Shown here in pieces: positions 1-10,411 of a stretch of 64,000 nucleotides of DNA. Position numbers and translations under genes: made by a program. Under the pieces are notes generated by a model, which saw nothing but the letters and a program-made list of their open reading frames with translations, was not told the DNA's origin and made no database searches. The DNA is from Diplonema japonicum (taxonomy: Eukaryota; Protista; Euglenozoa: Diplonemea), in NCBI GenBank assembly GCA_964019335.1, contig OZ025676.1, forward strand, positions 372,001 through 436,000, given 5' to 3'. Position 1 is the first letter of the stretch, and each line of letters opens with the position of its first letter.

Positions 1-1933
1 ACCTCACCTAGCGCCAGTAGTGACGAGAAGAGTGAAAATATGCCCTGGGAGAGCGATATTACGCAGGTTACGCGTAAGAAGTGACAGGGCACAGGGGGGG
101 GCAGAAATCACCCTTTTCCCACATGAGTGCATCAAGGATTTCCAAGCTGTTCATCTCAATGGGGTTTGTGAAATCTCTTTGCACCGTTTGCAAGTACCAC
201 AACCCCGACTTTGACTTCACTGTGGACGATATCTATCAGTTTGTGGCCTTGTGGGTGCTCATGGACATCATCCGCAAGGCTGGCATAAAAGATTACTGGC
301 CGACCATTTGTGCCCTCGCCACACCTTTTTTTGGCAAATGTAATGAAACGTTGCTGCTTTTGCGCTTACAGCGGTCGTTGCATTTTGGAGGGGTGAAGAG
401 ACAGACAGAGTGCTGCAAAAAATAAGATTCTTGCTCCCCTACCTGTCTGCAACACTATTCCCCCGGAGAATCGATCATTGATGAGAGTATGATCAAGTCA
501 CACGGTAGGCATCGCTTCAGAGTACTCCAGCCTGCAAAGAGGACAGGTGAGGCTGTGCACCGGACAGGATCTGACACAGGGTCGTGTTCACCTTGTCGAT
601 CTACTGTCCGCAGTGCTAATACCATTGTAAAAGCGTGAAAAAGCAATCAAACACAGCACTGTGGACCCCGATGTGAGGTATCTCAGCACTTGGCATATTA
701 CCTTCCCATTTGGTGAAGGATCGAGGTCATTGTAGGGGGGTGCTGGTGTTTGGGAGCCCTGACTCGCGTGCAGGATTGGCGTACCACGTGATCACTGCAG
801 AAGCACCAATGCTTATGATGCCAAAAAAGGACAACATGGCGACCAGAATGTCTCGGCGGCGGAGCTCTGCTTCGAGCTTCTTGTCCTGCAGCTCGAGCGC
901 GACAATGAAAGCTCTTACAACGTTCTCCCGTATCTCCTGCGGTGCCTTCAATGGCGTCTTGCTTGACATGAAGTGAACGTCGTGCTCAGTCTGAAAGCGC
1001 ACCCCACGTGACTTGTCGATGCCACTATTCGTGTCCACCTGGTGGATGGCTCGGCATCGGTAGCGTTCCCCTTGTACCCCGGCATCGATAACTTCTATAC
1101 TGGCGTTACCCTTGTACAACAGATGTGGGAATCGGGTTTGCGGTGGAAACAATCCGAGGAAAGTCCAGTCAATGGTGGTAACAATCCGAAGAAAACCGAC
1201 AGAATGTACCTAATCTTGCCCCAGTGAAGAAGCAAGTAGGCCCAGGCAGGCCCAAAAACGGGTTCGCGATGAGCGACAACAGCTTTTCGACTGTTATGCG
1301 CCAGTCCGGAAACAACCGCCCAGCAAGCACCCGTTCTGAAATGGGGACCGAGGGGCCCAGGGAAGATGCCAGGCGCGACTTCACCAAAGGTCACTGGTCC
1401 AAAAAACTGGATGCAGCAAGACAATGCACACACCACATGCGTGTTTTGGGGGTCCGGGTGCAAACTATCTTCATCTGCAAGGCTTGTAACGTGCATCTGT
1501 GCCCAGCTTGCTTTGCGGACTATCACGAACCAGTGGTTTACCCACCCCAATCTACCCCCTCTGGAGGCCCGGCCACACCGAAGAAACGCCTAAGGTACCA
1601 GCGTCTCCAAACACATACCCTTCTCCCCAGGTCGTCATCTGAGCCAAGTCCCAAAAGCAAAACCCCCCCTAGCACCCCGAGGCCCAAGCGAAAAAAGTAA
1701 GGAAGTGTCTAACCTATGGGCGGGGTTTTACAATAAATTTCACTTCAATTCCTTATTATTCACTTCCCAGGGCCTTTGAGGGGCGTCTGGGGGTGTTTTT
1801 TGTCCCTCCTGGGTGATGTATTTTCTTTTACACAAGCGTCGTTCTATGGTTGCATGCTCGAGGATGTTTTAATTTTAGAAAATAAAAAAGTCGATGGTGA
1901 CCTTTTTTTTGCCCAAAAGCCCCCGTCCTTTAA

Positions 1934-1940
<7 letters not shown>
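1..1940 (+). mobile_element. Decayed piggyBac-family DNA transposon (right part; left end outside window)
   Basis: Broken transposase fragments in + frames: KDYW (~290), first catalytic motif IDESMIK..GR (~477), DNFYT (~1087) and C-terminal Cys-rich CKACNVHLCPACFADYH (ORF 1224-1700). The element ends ...GTCCTTTAATGG followed by TTAA (1937-1940). Multiple stops and frameshifts; the third-Asp region appears deleted. Confidence 0.85.
727..969 (-). CDS. Small 80-aa coiled-coil + single-TM ORF embedded antisense in the piggyBac remnant
   Basis: MSSKTPLKAPQE...KKLEAELRRRD-ILVAMLSFFGIISIGASAVITWY. It lies between the D1 and D2 motifs, which are about 600 nt apart, much wider than usual. Confidence 0.35.
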   Translation of the reverse strand: MSSKTPLKAPQEIRENVVRAFIVALELQDKKLEAELRRRDILVAMLSFFGIISIGASAVITWYANPARESGLPNTSTPLQ

Positions 1941-1967
<27 letters not shown>

Positions 1968-2286
1968 CAAATCTTTTTAGCGGTTTTAGTGATGCCTCGA
2001 TGTGCTCCTCGGTTTGCAGCATTCTTTTTTTTTTTTTTTTTTTTTGCTTTTTTTTTTTCTTTTTAACGAGACACGAGACGGATCATGATTTCGCACTCAC
2101 CGTCACCTGCCATGGCTCTATTGGAGACGAGGGGGGGGGGGGGGGGGGGGGGGAGAATGGTCCAGCGTGCGGTTTTTTATCAAAGAATAAAAAAAAAATT
2201 GAGAAAGAGAAAACAAGTACAAACTTTTTCTCTCCCTTTTTCACTTCTTTTTTTTTTCTTCTCCCCTCATAATTATTATGTCGACC

Positions 2287-2319
<33 letters not shown>

Positions 2320-2985
2320 CCCCTCCCGGAGTGAATGTGAGAGACTGAATTCATTTAAAAGGGGGGAAGGGAACAGCGAAACACAAACTGATTTGGTCCT
2401 TTAAATTATCAAAATGCCAATAACATATAGAGGGGGGGCATTAGGGTGTTCTAGCAACGATCCGCCAAGGAAATAAAAATATGGTTGGAGGGGGGGGGGG
2501 GGGGGGGGTAACACACACACAAGAAAACCATGGCCAAAAACCCCGAACTAACGGTCCACGTGTACAAAGGGAAACAAAAAAATAAAGGGGGGGGCGGAAA
2601 AAAAAACGAAATAAAAATTGTAAGAAGGTGTGTGCGAAAAAAAGAAAGAAGAGAAAAAAAAAAAGGAAAAAGGCAGTTGGTGTGAAGCGAGAATTGAAAA
2701 ACTAAACTAAACTAACAGAGAATAAAAAAGAAAATATGAAAGAGGCCAGTGTTGGCGACGCCCTGCACAAGCACTGTCTACTTGATTACAGGGGGCACAC
2801 CTCGGCCTAGCTGTTGCTTCTTGTGCATTCCGTGTTATGTCCTTAATGTGTACGGTATGCAGCTCGCTGCCTGTTCGTCACCCTGAGCAGGGTGATGACC
2901 GACGAGGAGGTCAACAGCGAACAACACATCTGATCTTCTTTAAAAAAAAACACTCCCCCCCCCCCCCCCCCACCCCAACTAATTT

Positions 2986-5900
2986 TTAAGCTCTGAGCAC
3001 AAAAGGATCGCACAACAGGTCAGAAGGGGTAGGCCGCTTTGTAGCTTCTCGTTCCAAACATAAATTCACGAACTTCGTGCATCCTGTAACGTGCACTGCG
3101 GGAGGGGTGTTGGGCAAGACAGGGTTGTCCTCCAAGGAGAGAAGGTACATAATCCGCTCAGGGGGGTGGTCAGCAAGATCCTTCCAAGGAAGTTCCCCAG
3201 AAACAAGCTGGCAGAGTGTCACACCCAACGACCACACATCAGAGGCCTTACAAGGAGTTCGCCGACAAGCCTCTGGAGCCATGTAAAGAGGCGTCCCCAG
3301 AGGTCTACCTTGCTCAACATTGTTCGCACACTCAACCCGAATCGCTGACCCAAAATCAGCCAGCTTGCAGACACCGTCGGAGCTCAACAATATATTCTCA
3401 GGCTTCACATCGAGGTGGATGATGTCGGCTTCATGAAGATGTGCCAGGCCGTGCAGCACATCTGTTATGTACCTGCGGACAGAAGCGTCGGGAAGCCCAC
3501 TGTTCTTCAACCTAAAGCTGTTCAAGACCGTTGCGAGGTTCCCCCCGCTGACGTACTCCATCGCTATGAACAGGAAGCCGTCCACCACGTTCGATGTGAT
3601 GTATGAAACCACATTGTCGTGCTGCACGGCCGACAGAAGGTCTACCTCTTGTAGGATGTTTTGCACTTGTTTCCTGTAGTCGCTCATAGGCTGGTCGGGT
3701 GTTACTCCGAATGACGACGCGGATGAGTTCTCGTTGGCCTCCTCCCTCACCTTGACATCGATGGCGTCAGGGGCGGGGAGCTTGATCGATTTTAGCGCGA
3801 CGAGAACGCCGTCGTTGCCCATTGCCTGCCACACAGTGCCGTAGGCGCCTCTTCCTAGAATTTTGTTCGATCTGCGGTACTTCCTGTTGTTGTGCAGGAA
3901 TGACGCAGGTACCTTCAGCGCATCGCGTGTTTCCGCCACAGTGCTGTTCACCGCACTGGACAGGTGTTTGCTCCCTACGCTCGACAGCGAAGCGTACATC
4001 AGCTCCTGCTGTCTTTTGGGTTGGACCTCGTCCTCCGCCGCACCTTCTTGTTGTTGTATTATATTCTTGATCTCCTGCGGGAGTTGTTCCCTCTTTGCCC
4101 GCGTCTCGATGTCGTCCCACGTGGGGCACTTCCTGTGGTACTGGTGCGGGAACTGAACCCCTGCGTTCGCCTCTGCGTAGAGATGCATCGTGTTCTTCAG
4201 CAGCCGGATACCTTGCTTGTCCGCAGTGTGCATCAGTTTCAAGTACCTCACGAAGCTGTCCCTGCTCTTTTCAAGCTGCAGCATTCTCAGCGATGCAAAC
4301 GCCGAGCAGTACAGGTTCTTGACGTTGGGTGCCATTCCCACTTCAGATATCTCGTACACATTGGTAACGGTGAGACTTGAGCTGTTCGCTACGGGAAGTG
4401 CTACAGCGTCGACGGGTCTGCAGCTTATAATACTTACCACCTGGTCGTGCACCTTGTCGGTGGCGAGGATGGCTACCTGCAGGATCTTGGTGAGGCTTGT
4501 CAGGACCACTGCCTGCAGCATCGCATCCCCATACACAACAGGTGCCCTGTGGTTCTCTGTTCCTAGGTTCCCCACCCACAGCTGTGACGACGCTATCACG
4601 AAGGACGTCCACCTCTTTGTCTTCAGTGCTGTCTTTGCGGCCAATGCACAGCGGCAAGCAGCTTCGGCATGCTGCATGTGTGGCTTCTGTGTGTTCCACG
4701 TGATGATGACTCTGCCTGCCATCACGGACAGTGCCACACCCCCCGACAGCTTGGCCTTTAGCAGTAACATGGACACAAGGTCCTGCGACTCAACGGCAAA
4801 GTCGTCCGACGGGGCGGTTGCCAGGTCCAAGTCCGCGCACATGATGGTGCCGTTCTTCTTCCTGAGCGACCCCACGTCGCGCAGCTTCCTCAGCATAGCA
4901 TGCGAGTCGGCGTTCTCGAGATCGTTCGTGAGCGTGATGCTGAGGGGGTTCTCATTGATGCTGAACCGTGCCGCCACAGGCTCCGGGAGGTACGTGATCC
5001 ACTCGCGGAGGAAGCCTACCATGACACCAAACCTCTGGTTCATCTTGATGACCTCTTGCACGATGATCCCGCGCCGTTGGTTGATGCACTCGACCTTTTC
5101 AGATTCGAAGTTGATACGGGCGACTTCGTCCATGGCGGCCATGAGACGGCGCACGGGGAGGATGAGCCCGAAGGTGGTCGCAGCCATGATGCCGACGATC
5201 GCAAAAATTAATATGCTCATGAAGACGAGGAGCGAGATTTGGTTCCACTTGTCGATGCGGCCGAAGAAATAGCTGCGAGGGAGGAATATAACCAGTTTCC
5301 AGTTCATCAGCCGAGGAGGCTCGGTGACAACGGTGGACTGCTGGAGAACGCCCACCACGTCACCATTGTAGGTGGGGCGAATGGTACGCATGGCGACGTG
5401 GTAGCTGGAGCCGTCCACATCCACGTAGGACACCCTACCATCCTCAGGAGGGTTGCTGTTGTTCTTCAGAAGCCTGTCGACGATGACGTTGATCACATTG
5501 TCGTTGTGCCCCCCTCCGGAGTAGTTCGCGACGTTGGTGTTGTTCGGAGAGTCACTCTCCTCGTTCACGATGAACAACCCCCCTGCCTCAGACGTGATCG
5601 CCGCCTTCTTCAGAATATCCTGCAGCGACTTCACACTGATGTCAAACTCCACCACATTCAACAGCTCCTGTGTTTGCTGGCTGATCACAGCCATGGCTCC
5701 CGTTATGCACTGCTGCGCCGATGCAAAGCACTGGTATGGCTGCGTGTAAAACAACTTCGGGCTATCCGGCGACTGGGTGCTGAACTTCGCTCCCACAAAC
5801 CACGACCTCCCCCTCGGTTCGTACACCGTTGTGGGCTTGCTTTTATTAGGATCCTCGTTGATTTCAATTATGCTGGTGAAGTTCGAAAATATACGGTCAT

Positions 5901-6420
5901 CGGGCATCAGGTAGTGCCGTGTGTTGGTTTCGCTCGGATCTTTGATGTATGAAAGCTCGTAGTTTAACTCTTTGGAGAGGTCATAACCTGGAGTGTTGTC
6001 CAAGGTTTGGTTGGGGCACCTCGCACCTGCAAAGTGACCGAGAACACCAGCTGAAAAGAAAGCGCTGATTTCCGTCGATATCCTCAAGTCGCATTGTTCC
6101 TTCAAGTACCACGTTATCAAAGGGTGGTAGACCGCAGGGTCTGATGTGTTGCTCACAACAGCGAACTGCTCAGGCGAAGAGAGCATAGAGGTCAACCCTT
6201 TGAGGTGCAGGAAAGGGCTCGCCAGACTCGTTTCGATTGTCTCCAGTGTATTGCTCACTATGCTGTCCATGAGGCTGTCCACAAGCACCTCGACCCCATC
6301 CTCTGCGATCACTTTCCCGAACACCCACACCCCCGTCAGGGACCCGCCCATGAATATCACCAGTAGCGTCGCAAGGATCCATAGCGGGACCCCTTCATTA
6401 CATATTTTTTTTTTTGTCAT
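2986..6420 (-). CDS. Receptor-like kinase: TM-Cache-like sensor-TM-HAMP-degenerate class III cyclase-STE/MAP3K-like kinase
   Basis: Two TM segments flank a Cache-like region (YEPRGRSWF, YTQPY). These are followed by HAMP-like PVRRLMAAMDEVA...EV, cyclase-like TIMCADL/VYGDAM, and a kinase with GRGAYG, VALK, HLDVKPEN, DFG, GTPLYMAPE. ATG at 6420 follows a pyrimidine tract. Confidence 0.85.
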   Translation of the reverse strand: MTKKKICNEGVPLWILATLLVIFMGGSLTGVWVFGKVIAEDGVEVLVDSLMDSIVSNTLETIETSLASPFLHLKGLTSMLSSPEQFAVVSNTSDPAVYHPLITWYLKEQCDLRISTEISAFFSAGVLGHFAGARCPNQTLDNTPGYDLSKELNYELSYIKDPSETNTRHYLMPDDRIFSNFTSIIEINEDPNKSKPTTVYEPRGRSWFVGAKFSTQSPDSPKLFYTQPYQCFASAQQCITGAMAVISQQTQELLNVVEFDISVKSLQDILKKAAITSEAGGLFIVNEESDSPNNTNVANYSGGGHNDNVINVIVDRLLKNNSNPPEDGRVSYVDVDGSSYHVAMRTIRPTYNGDVVGVLQQSTVVTEPPRLMNWKLVIFLPRSYFFGRIDKWNQISLLVFMSILIFAIVGIMAATTFGLILPVRRLMAAMDEVARINFESEKVECINQRRGIIVQEVIKMNQRFGVMVGFLREWITYLPEPVAARFSINENPLSITLTNDLENADSHAMLRKLRDVGSLRKKNGTIMCADLDLATAPSDDFAVESQDLVSMLLLKAKLSGGVALSVMAGRVIITWNTQKPHMQHAEAACRCALAAKTALKTKRWTSFVIASSQLWVGNLGTENHRAPVVYGDAMLQAVVLTSLTKILQVAILATDKVHDQVVSIISCRPVDAVALPVANSSSLTVTNVYEISEVGMAPNVKNLYCSAFASLRMLQLEKSRDSFVRYLKLMHTADKQGIRLLKNTMHLYAEANAGVQFPHQYHRKCPTWDDIETRAKREQLPQEIKNIIQQQEGAAEDEVQPKRQQELMYASLSSVGSKHLSSAVNSTVAETRDALKVPASFLHNNRKYRRSNKILGRGAYGTVWQAMGNDGVLVALKSIKLPAPDAIDVKVREEANENSSASSFGVTPDQPMSDYRKQVQNILQEVDLLSAVQHDNVVSYITSNVVDGFLFIAMEYVSGGNLATVLNSFRLKNSGLPDASVRRYITDVLHGLAHLHEADIIHLDVKPENILLSSDGVCKLADFGSAIRVECANNVEQGRPLGTPLYMAPEACRRTPCKASDVWSLGVTLCQLVSGELPWKDLADHPPERIMYLLSLEDNPVLPNTPPAVHVTGCTKFVNLCLEREATKRPTPSDLLCDPFVLRA

Positions 6421-6581
6421 GCTGCGAACAATTTTTTTTTTTTTAAAGGTGGAGGGAAAAGAAAAAGTTTTCAAAAAATCAGAATTGTTAACCGTTTTGG
6501 TACTCAAAAAAAAAAAGAACAGAGAAAACAACTTTTCTACCCCCCCAAAAAAAAAGACCCCGATCACCCCCCCCTAATTTT

Positions 6582-8357
6582 TCACTCTTCTTTCCCTGTC
6601 ATTGCATCGATGAACGATTTCCCCGTGATAATAGACGTGGTGGCGATGGTGAAGCGAACGGGGGGCACATCCTCATCGGTCGCAAGATCGTCCTCCAGGA
6701 TGCGAAGGGCTGAGATCTCAGAGTTGGTGATGCCGCCTATGACGAAAACGAGGACGTTGCGGGTCTTGCCCTTCTCAAGCATGTCAGGTGGCTTTTCTTC
6801 ATCCGGGCTGGCGGGACCAGGCATCTGGTTGAGGCAAGGTTTAAGAGAGGCCCAGGCTTTGTTCCAATCCGATGACGAAACCACTTTGCTCAAAATCTTT
6901 GGTATAATGGGTGCATACCCGTGGTAGGACGCATTGACCGACGACGAAGAGTAATGGGGATCGAAAAGGTCCAGGCTCTTCCTCAGAGACGCGAAGAGAT
7001 TTACTTTGCCGGTTTCGGATTTCAACAACAATCTTGTTTTTTCCAACTGTTCCCATTCCTCCAACACGGAGAGGCCGTAGATCTGCACAAACAACGTCTT
7101 CCACGACTCGTATTGCTTTGACTTGATACCCCCCGTGCAATGTGAGTACAAACAGATCAATCGCAGAATTTCATGCGCTTTCTCTTCCTTGTACATCATT
7201 TCTTCTATGGCGTCTGAAACGTCCTTTGTTGCCTCGCCCTTTACGATCTGTTTTTGGTAGTAGAGAAGGTTTCGCAGCTGCGGCATGTCGAGAGCTTTTT
7301 TCAACTCAACGTTGATGTCCAAGTGGATGCTAAGACACCTTTTTTCGTTCTCCAGAATGGGGAGGTTGTCTAGAAAAGCACGCAGCTCCGCAGGGGTGTT
7401 CAGCGATTCCTTCTTGTCGTACTTACTTTGAACAGCGGTCGCGCGTCTTTTAAGCTTCTGCTTCACACCGGACAACCCGGAATCCCGTATCGATTTGTAA
7501 ATCGGGTCAACCGAGTCCAATTTCACCGACTCCACCGGTTTCTGATGAGGATCGAGGAATTCAACAGGCGGGATGAGAACGTCGTTTGAAACGTCGAAAA
7601 CCTCGCGTATTATACCACCATAGGTACCCTCAACAAGCATTGGGGTTGAAAGATCTGACATACGGTCGATTAGAAAAAGAGTGTGGAATGCGGAAGACTG
7701 CCCGGTCAGGAGGTCAGCGGTCTCCGTCGACATCTGTTGGATGAGCTTGCCCACAAGGTCCGAGTACGTACCCTTCCACTTCATGTTCTCTATCTCCCCG
7801 AAAACCAGCATCATTTTCACAATGCTTTTAGCGACTGAGTACAATACACTGCTTTCACCGTCGACGAGCAGCTCTCTTGAAACCTTCTCCAAGCCCATTG
7901 ATAAAACCCCTTCGTCCACCACCGCGATGTCCAGATCCAGTTCCCTCATGTTTTCAACGTAACCTCGAACGCCTTCTACTGTCAGAACGTGCTCTGCGAT
8001 AAGCGTTTGCCTCGGAACCAAGTATATCTGGATTCCTCTTTTTGAGATCTTGTGTTTTTCAGCAAGGTTTCGAACGTGCCCTGCAACTTTTTTCAGAACG
8101 TGCAGTCGGGACTGTATTATGAACACGACGCGGGTTGCCACCTTGCCGTCGAACGGGAAGAATGGGTCCTCTGTCTTATGCAACTCCACAACATTATCAG
8201 GCAACGCCCCCAGCAAGTCGTTCGTCACCATCGTCGTCTTCAGCAATAGCTCCAAATCATTATCCACACAAACAATGTACTTATTTCTATTGTCAAACAC
8301 ATCCGCCACCGCCCCCTGGTGGTACTCTCTCAGCGAGTCTAAATTAATAGCTGACAT
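6582..8357 (-). CDS. VPS33: Sec1/Munc18-family protein, Vps33-like (HOPS/CORVET)
   Basis: LFLIDRMSDLSTPML..TYGGII, IRD, LRLICLYS, YHGYAP and VLVFVIGGITNSEISALR motifs. Confidence 0.85.
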   Translation of the reverse strand: MSAINLDSLREYHQGAVADVFDNRNKYIVCVDNDLELLLKTTMVTNDLLGALPDNVVELHKTEDPFFPFDGKVATRVVFIIQSRLHVLKKVAGHVRNLAEKHKISKRGIQIYLVPRQTLIAEHVLTVEGVRGYVENMRELDLDIAVVDEGVLSMGLEKVSRELLVDGESSVLYSVAKSIVKMMLVFGEIENMKWKGTYSDLVGKLIQQMSTETADLLTGQSSAFHTLFLIDRMSDLSTPMLVEGTYGGIIREVFDVSNDVLIPPVEFLDPHQKPVESVKLDSVDPIYKSIRDSGLSGVKQKLKRRATAVQSKYDKKESLNTPAELRAFLDNLPILENEKRCLSIHLDINVELKKALDMPQLRNLLYYQKQIVKGEATKDVSDAIEEMMYKEEKAHEILRLICLYSHCTGGIKSKQYESWKTLFVQIYGLSVLEEWEQLEKTRLLLKSETGKVNLFASLRKSLDLFDPHYSSSSVNASYHGYAPIIPKILSKVVSSSDWNKAWASLKPCLNQMPGPASPDEEKPPDMLEKGKTRNVLVFVIGGITNSEISALRILEDDLATDEDVPPVRFTIATTSIITGKSFIDAMTGKEE

Positions 8358-8692
8358 TGTGGAACAACTGCCTATCGTCCATTTCCTATTGTGGGAGGGT
8401 GGGGCATGGGTGATACGGACGCGCAAAGGAATGACAACTCACAAAAAAAAAAAAAAAAAAGAGAAAGAAAAATGAAAAATAAAGACAAAAGGGGGCCAAC
8501 GACGGGCACAATTGAAAACAGAGAGCAGCACCAAGGGGCCCCTTGATCTCTGATGACCTTACCACTTCTTCTTTTTTTTTTTTATTTTTTGTTTTCTTTC
8601 CTTCTCCTTTTCCTCGGTCCCCTTCCCACCTTTGCTTTTCTTTTTTTCCCTCTTTTTTTTTTGATAATATGATGAACTACACTATTCAATGC

Positions 8693-9392
8693 TTAACGGT
8701 TGGCCTTGGCGACACGCTCGGTCTCGTCCTTCTTCTTGATGGCGTACGAGTTGGAGGAACCCTTGGCGGCGTTCACAAGCTCGTCGGCGAGGCACTCGGA
8801 GATGCTCTTGATGTTCCTGAAAGAGGCCTCACGGGCACCGGTGGTGAGGAGGGCGATGGCCTGTGGAAGTAATTTTTTTTTGTACTTGCAAAACACACCT
8901 GGTTCACACGGCGAAGGGGCGACACGTCAACAGCCTGACGACGGACAACACCGGCGGATCCAACACGGGTGGAGTCCTCACGGGCACCAGCCTTGGAGAC
9001 AGCGTCAACGAGGACCTGAAGGAAAGGGTGGGAAACCAAATAAAATTTTGCATACCTGCATGGGGTTCTGGTCGGTCATGAGGTGGATGATCTCGAAACA
9101 GTGACGGAGGATACGGCAGGCCTGGACCTTCTTACCGTTGTTGCGGCCGTGCATCATGATGCTGCAGGTAAGACGCTCCACGATGGGGCACTTCGACTTC
9201 CTGAACCTCTTCTTGGACCACCTATTAAAGAAGAAATGTTGATATAAAAGTTCAAATTACAAACCTGCCGGCAGAGTGGGGCAAGTAGATGGGCTTCAGG
9301 GAGATGTAGTCCTGGAGGGACAGGTCCACGCACTTAACATCCTCGACGCTCCACTTACCGAAAAGCTTTACCTGGGGGGCAATGGCGGTCAT
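8693..9392 (-). CDS. RPS5: 40S ribosomal protein S5 (uS7), copy 1; exons 9392-9265, 9221-9056, 9015-8899, 8860-8693
   Basis: Spliced product ...[23 protein letters not shown]...[24 protein letters not shown]. Three GT-AG introns of 43, 40 and 38 nt. Confidence 0.95.
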
Positions 9393-9517
9393 TTTCTCTT
9401 TTTCTCTTTTAATAGACGAGCGGAACCCGAGCTGTGGCTGATTGAAAGTGGTGAGTAATGAAGAATAAAAAAATTTTTCGGCGCTTCATAAAAAAAGAAA
9501 AATAATGACTTCCATGC

Positions 9518-10225
9518 TTAACGGTTGGCCTTGGCGACACGCTCGGTCTCGTCCTTCTTCTTGATGGCGTACGAGTTGGAGGAACCCTTGGCGGCGTTCA
9601 CAAGCTCGTCGGCGAGGCACTCGGAGATGCTCTTGATGTTCCTGAACGAGGCCTCACGGGCACCGGTGGTGAGGAGGGCGATGGCCTGAAATGATTTTTT
9701 TAATTTATCTTTTTTCTTTGTGCACAAAACACACCTGGTTCACACGGCGAAGGGGCGACACGTCAACAGCCTGACGACGGACAACACCGGCGGATCCAAC
9801 ACGGGTGGAGTCCTCACGGGCACCAGCCTTGGAGACAGCGTCAACGAGGACCTGAAGGAAAGGGTGAATTATGAAAAAAGGAAACACACACCTGCATGGG
9901 GTTCTGGTCGGTCATGAGGTGGATAATCTCGAAGCAGTGACGGAGGATACGGCAGGCCTGGACCTTCTTACCGTTGTTGCGGCCGTGCATCATGATGCTG
10001 CAGGTAAGACGCTCCACGATGGGGCACTTCGACTTCCTGAACCTCTTCTTGGACCACCTGTATTGGTTTTGAGCAAATAAAATAAAAAAAGAAAGTGCCA
10101 TACCTGCCGGCAGAGTGGGGCAGGTAGATGGGCTTCAGGGTGATGTAGTCCTGGAGGGACAGGTCAGTGCACTTGACGTCATCGACGCTCCACTTACCGA
10201 AAAGCTTAACCAGGGGGGCAGTCAT
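9518..10225 (-). CDS. RPS5: 40S ribosomal protein S5 (uS7), copy 2; exons 10225-10104, 10057-9892, 9851-9735, 9685-9518
   Basis: Tandem paralog with the same intron positions; GT-AG introns of 46, 40 and 49 nt. Confidence 0.95.
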
Positions 10226-10411
10226 TTTCTTTTTTTTTCGAAGATTAATTCAACCTGTGTGGTTTGATGAGGTGTGCGGATAAGGGGGAAAACTTCAAAA
10301 AGAAAGGAAGAAGAAAATCCCCGCTTGAAAGAGCAAAGGGAGAGAAAATAAGAAAAGAAGAAAAGAAAAGAAAAAGAGCAGATGATCATCGGAAGATGAA
10401 AGGAGAAAGAA

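Noticed and set aside
2890-2936. C/D snoRNA on the + strand (GTGATGA...CTGA)
   Set aside because: Only about 42 nt long, opposite to the transcribed strand, and no recognisable guide.
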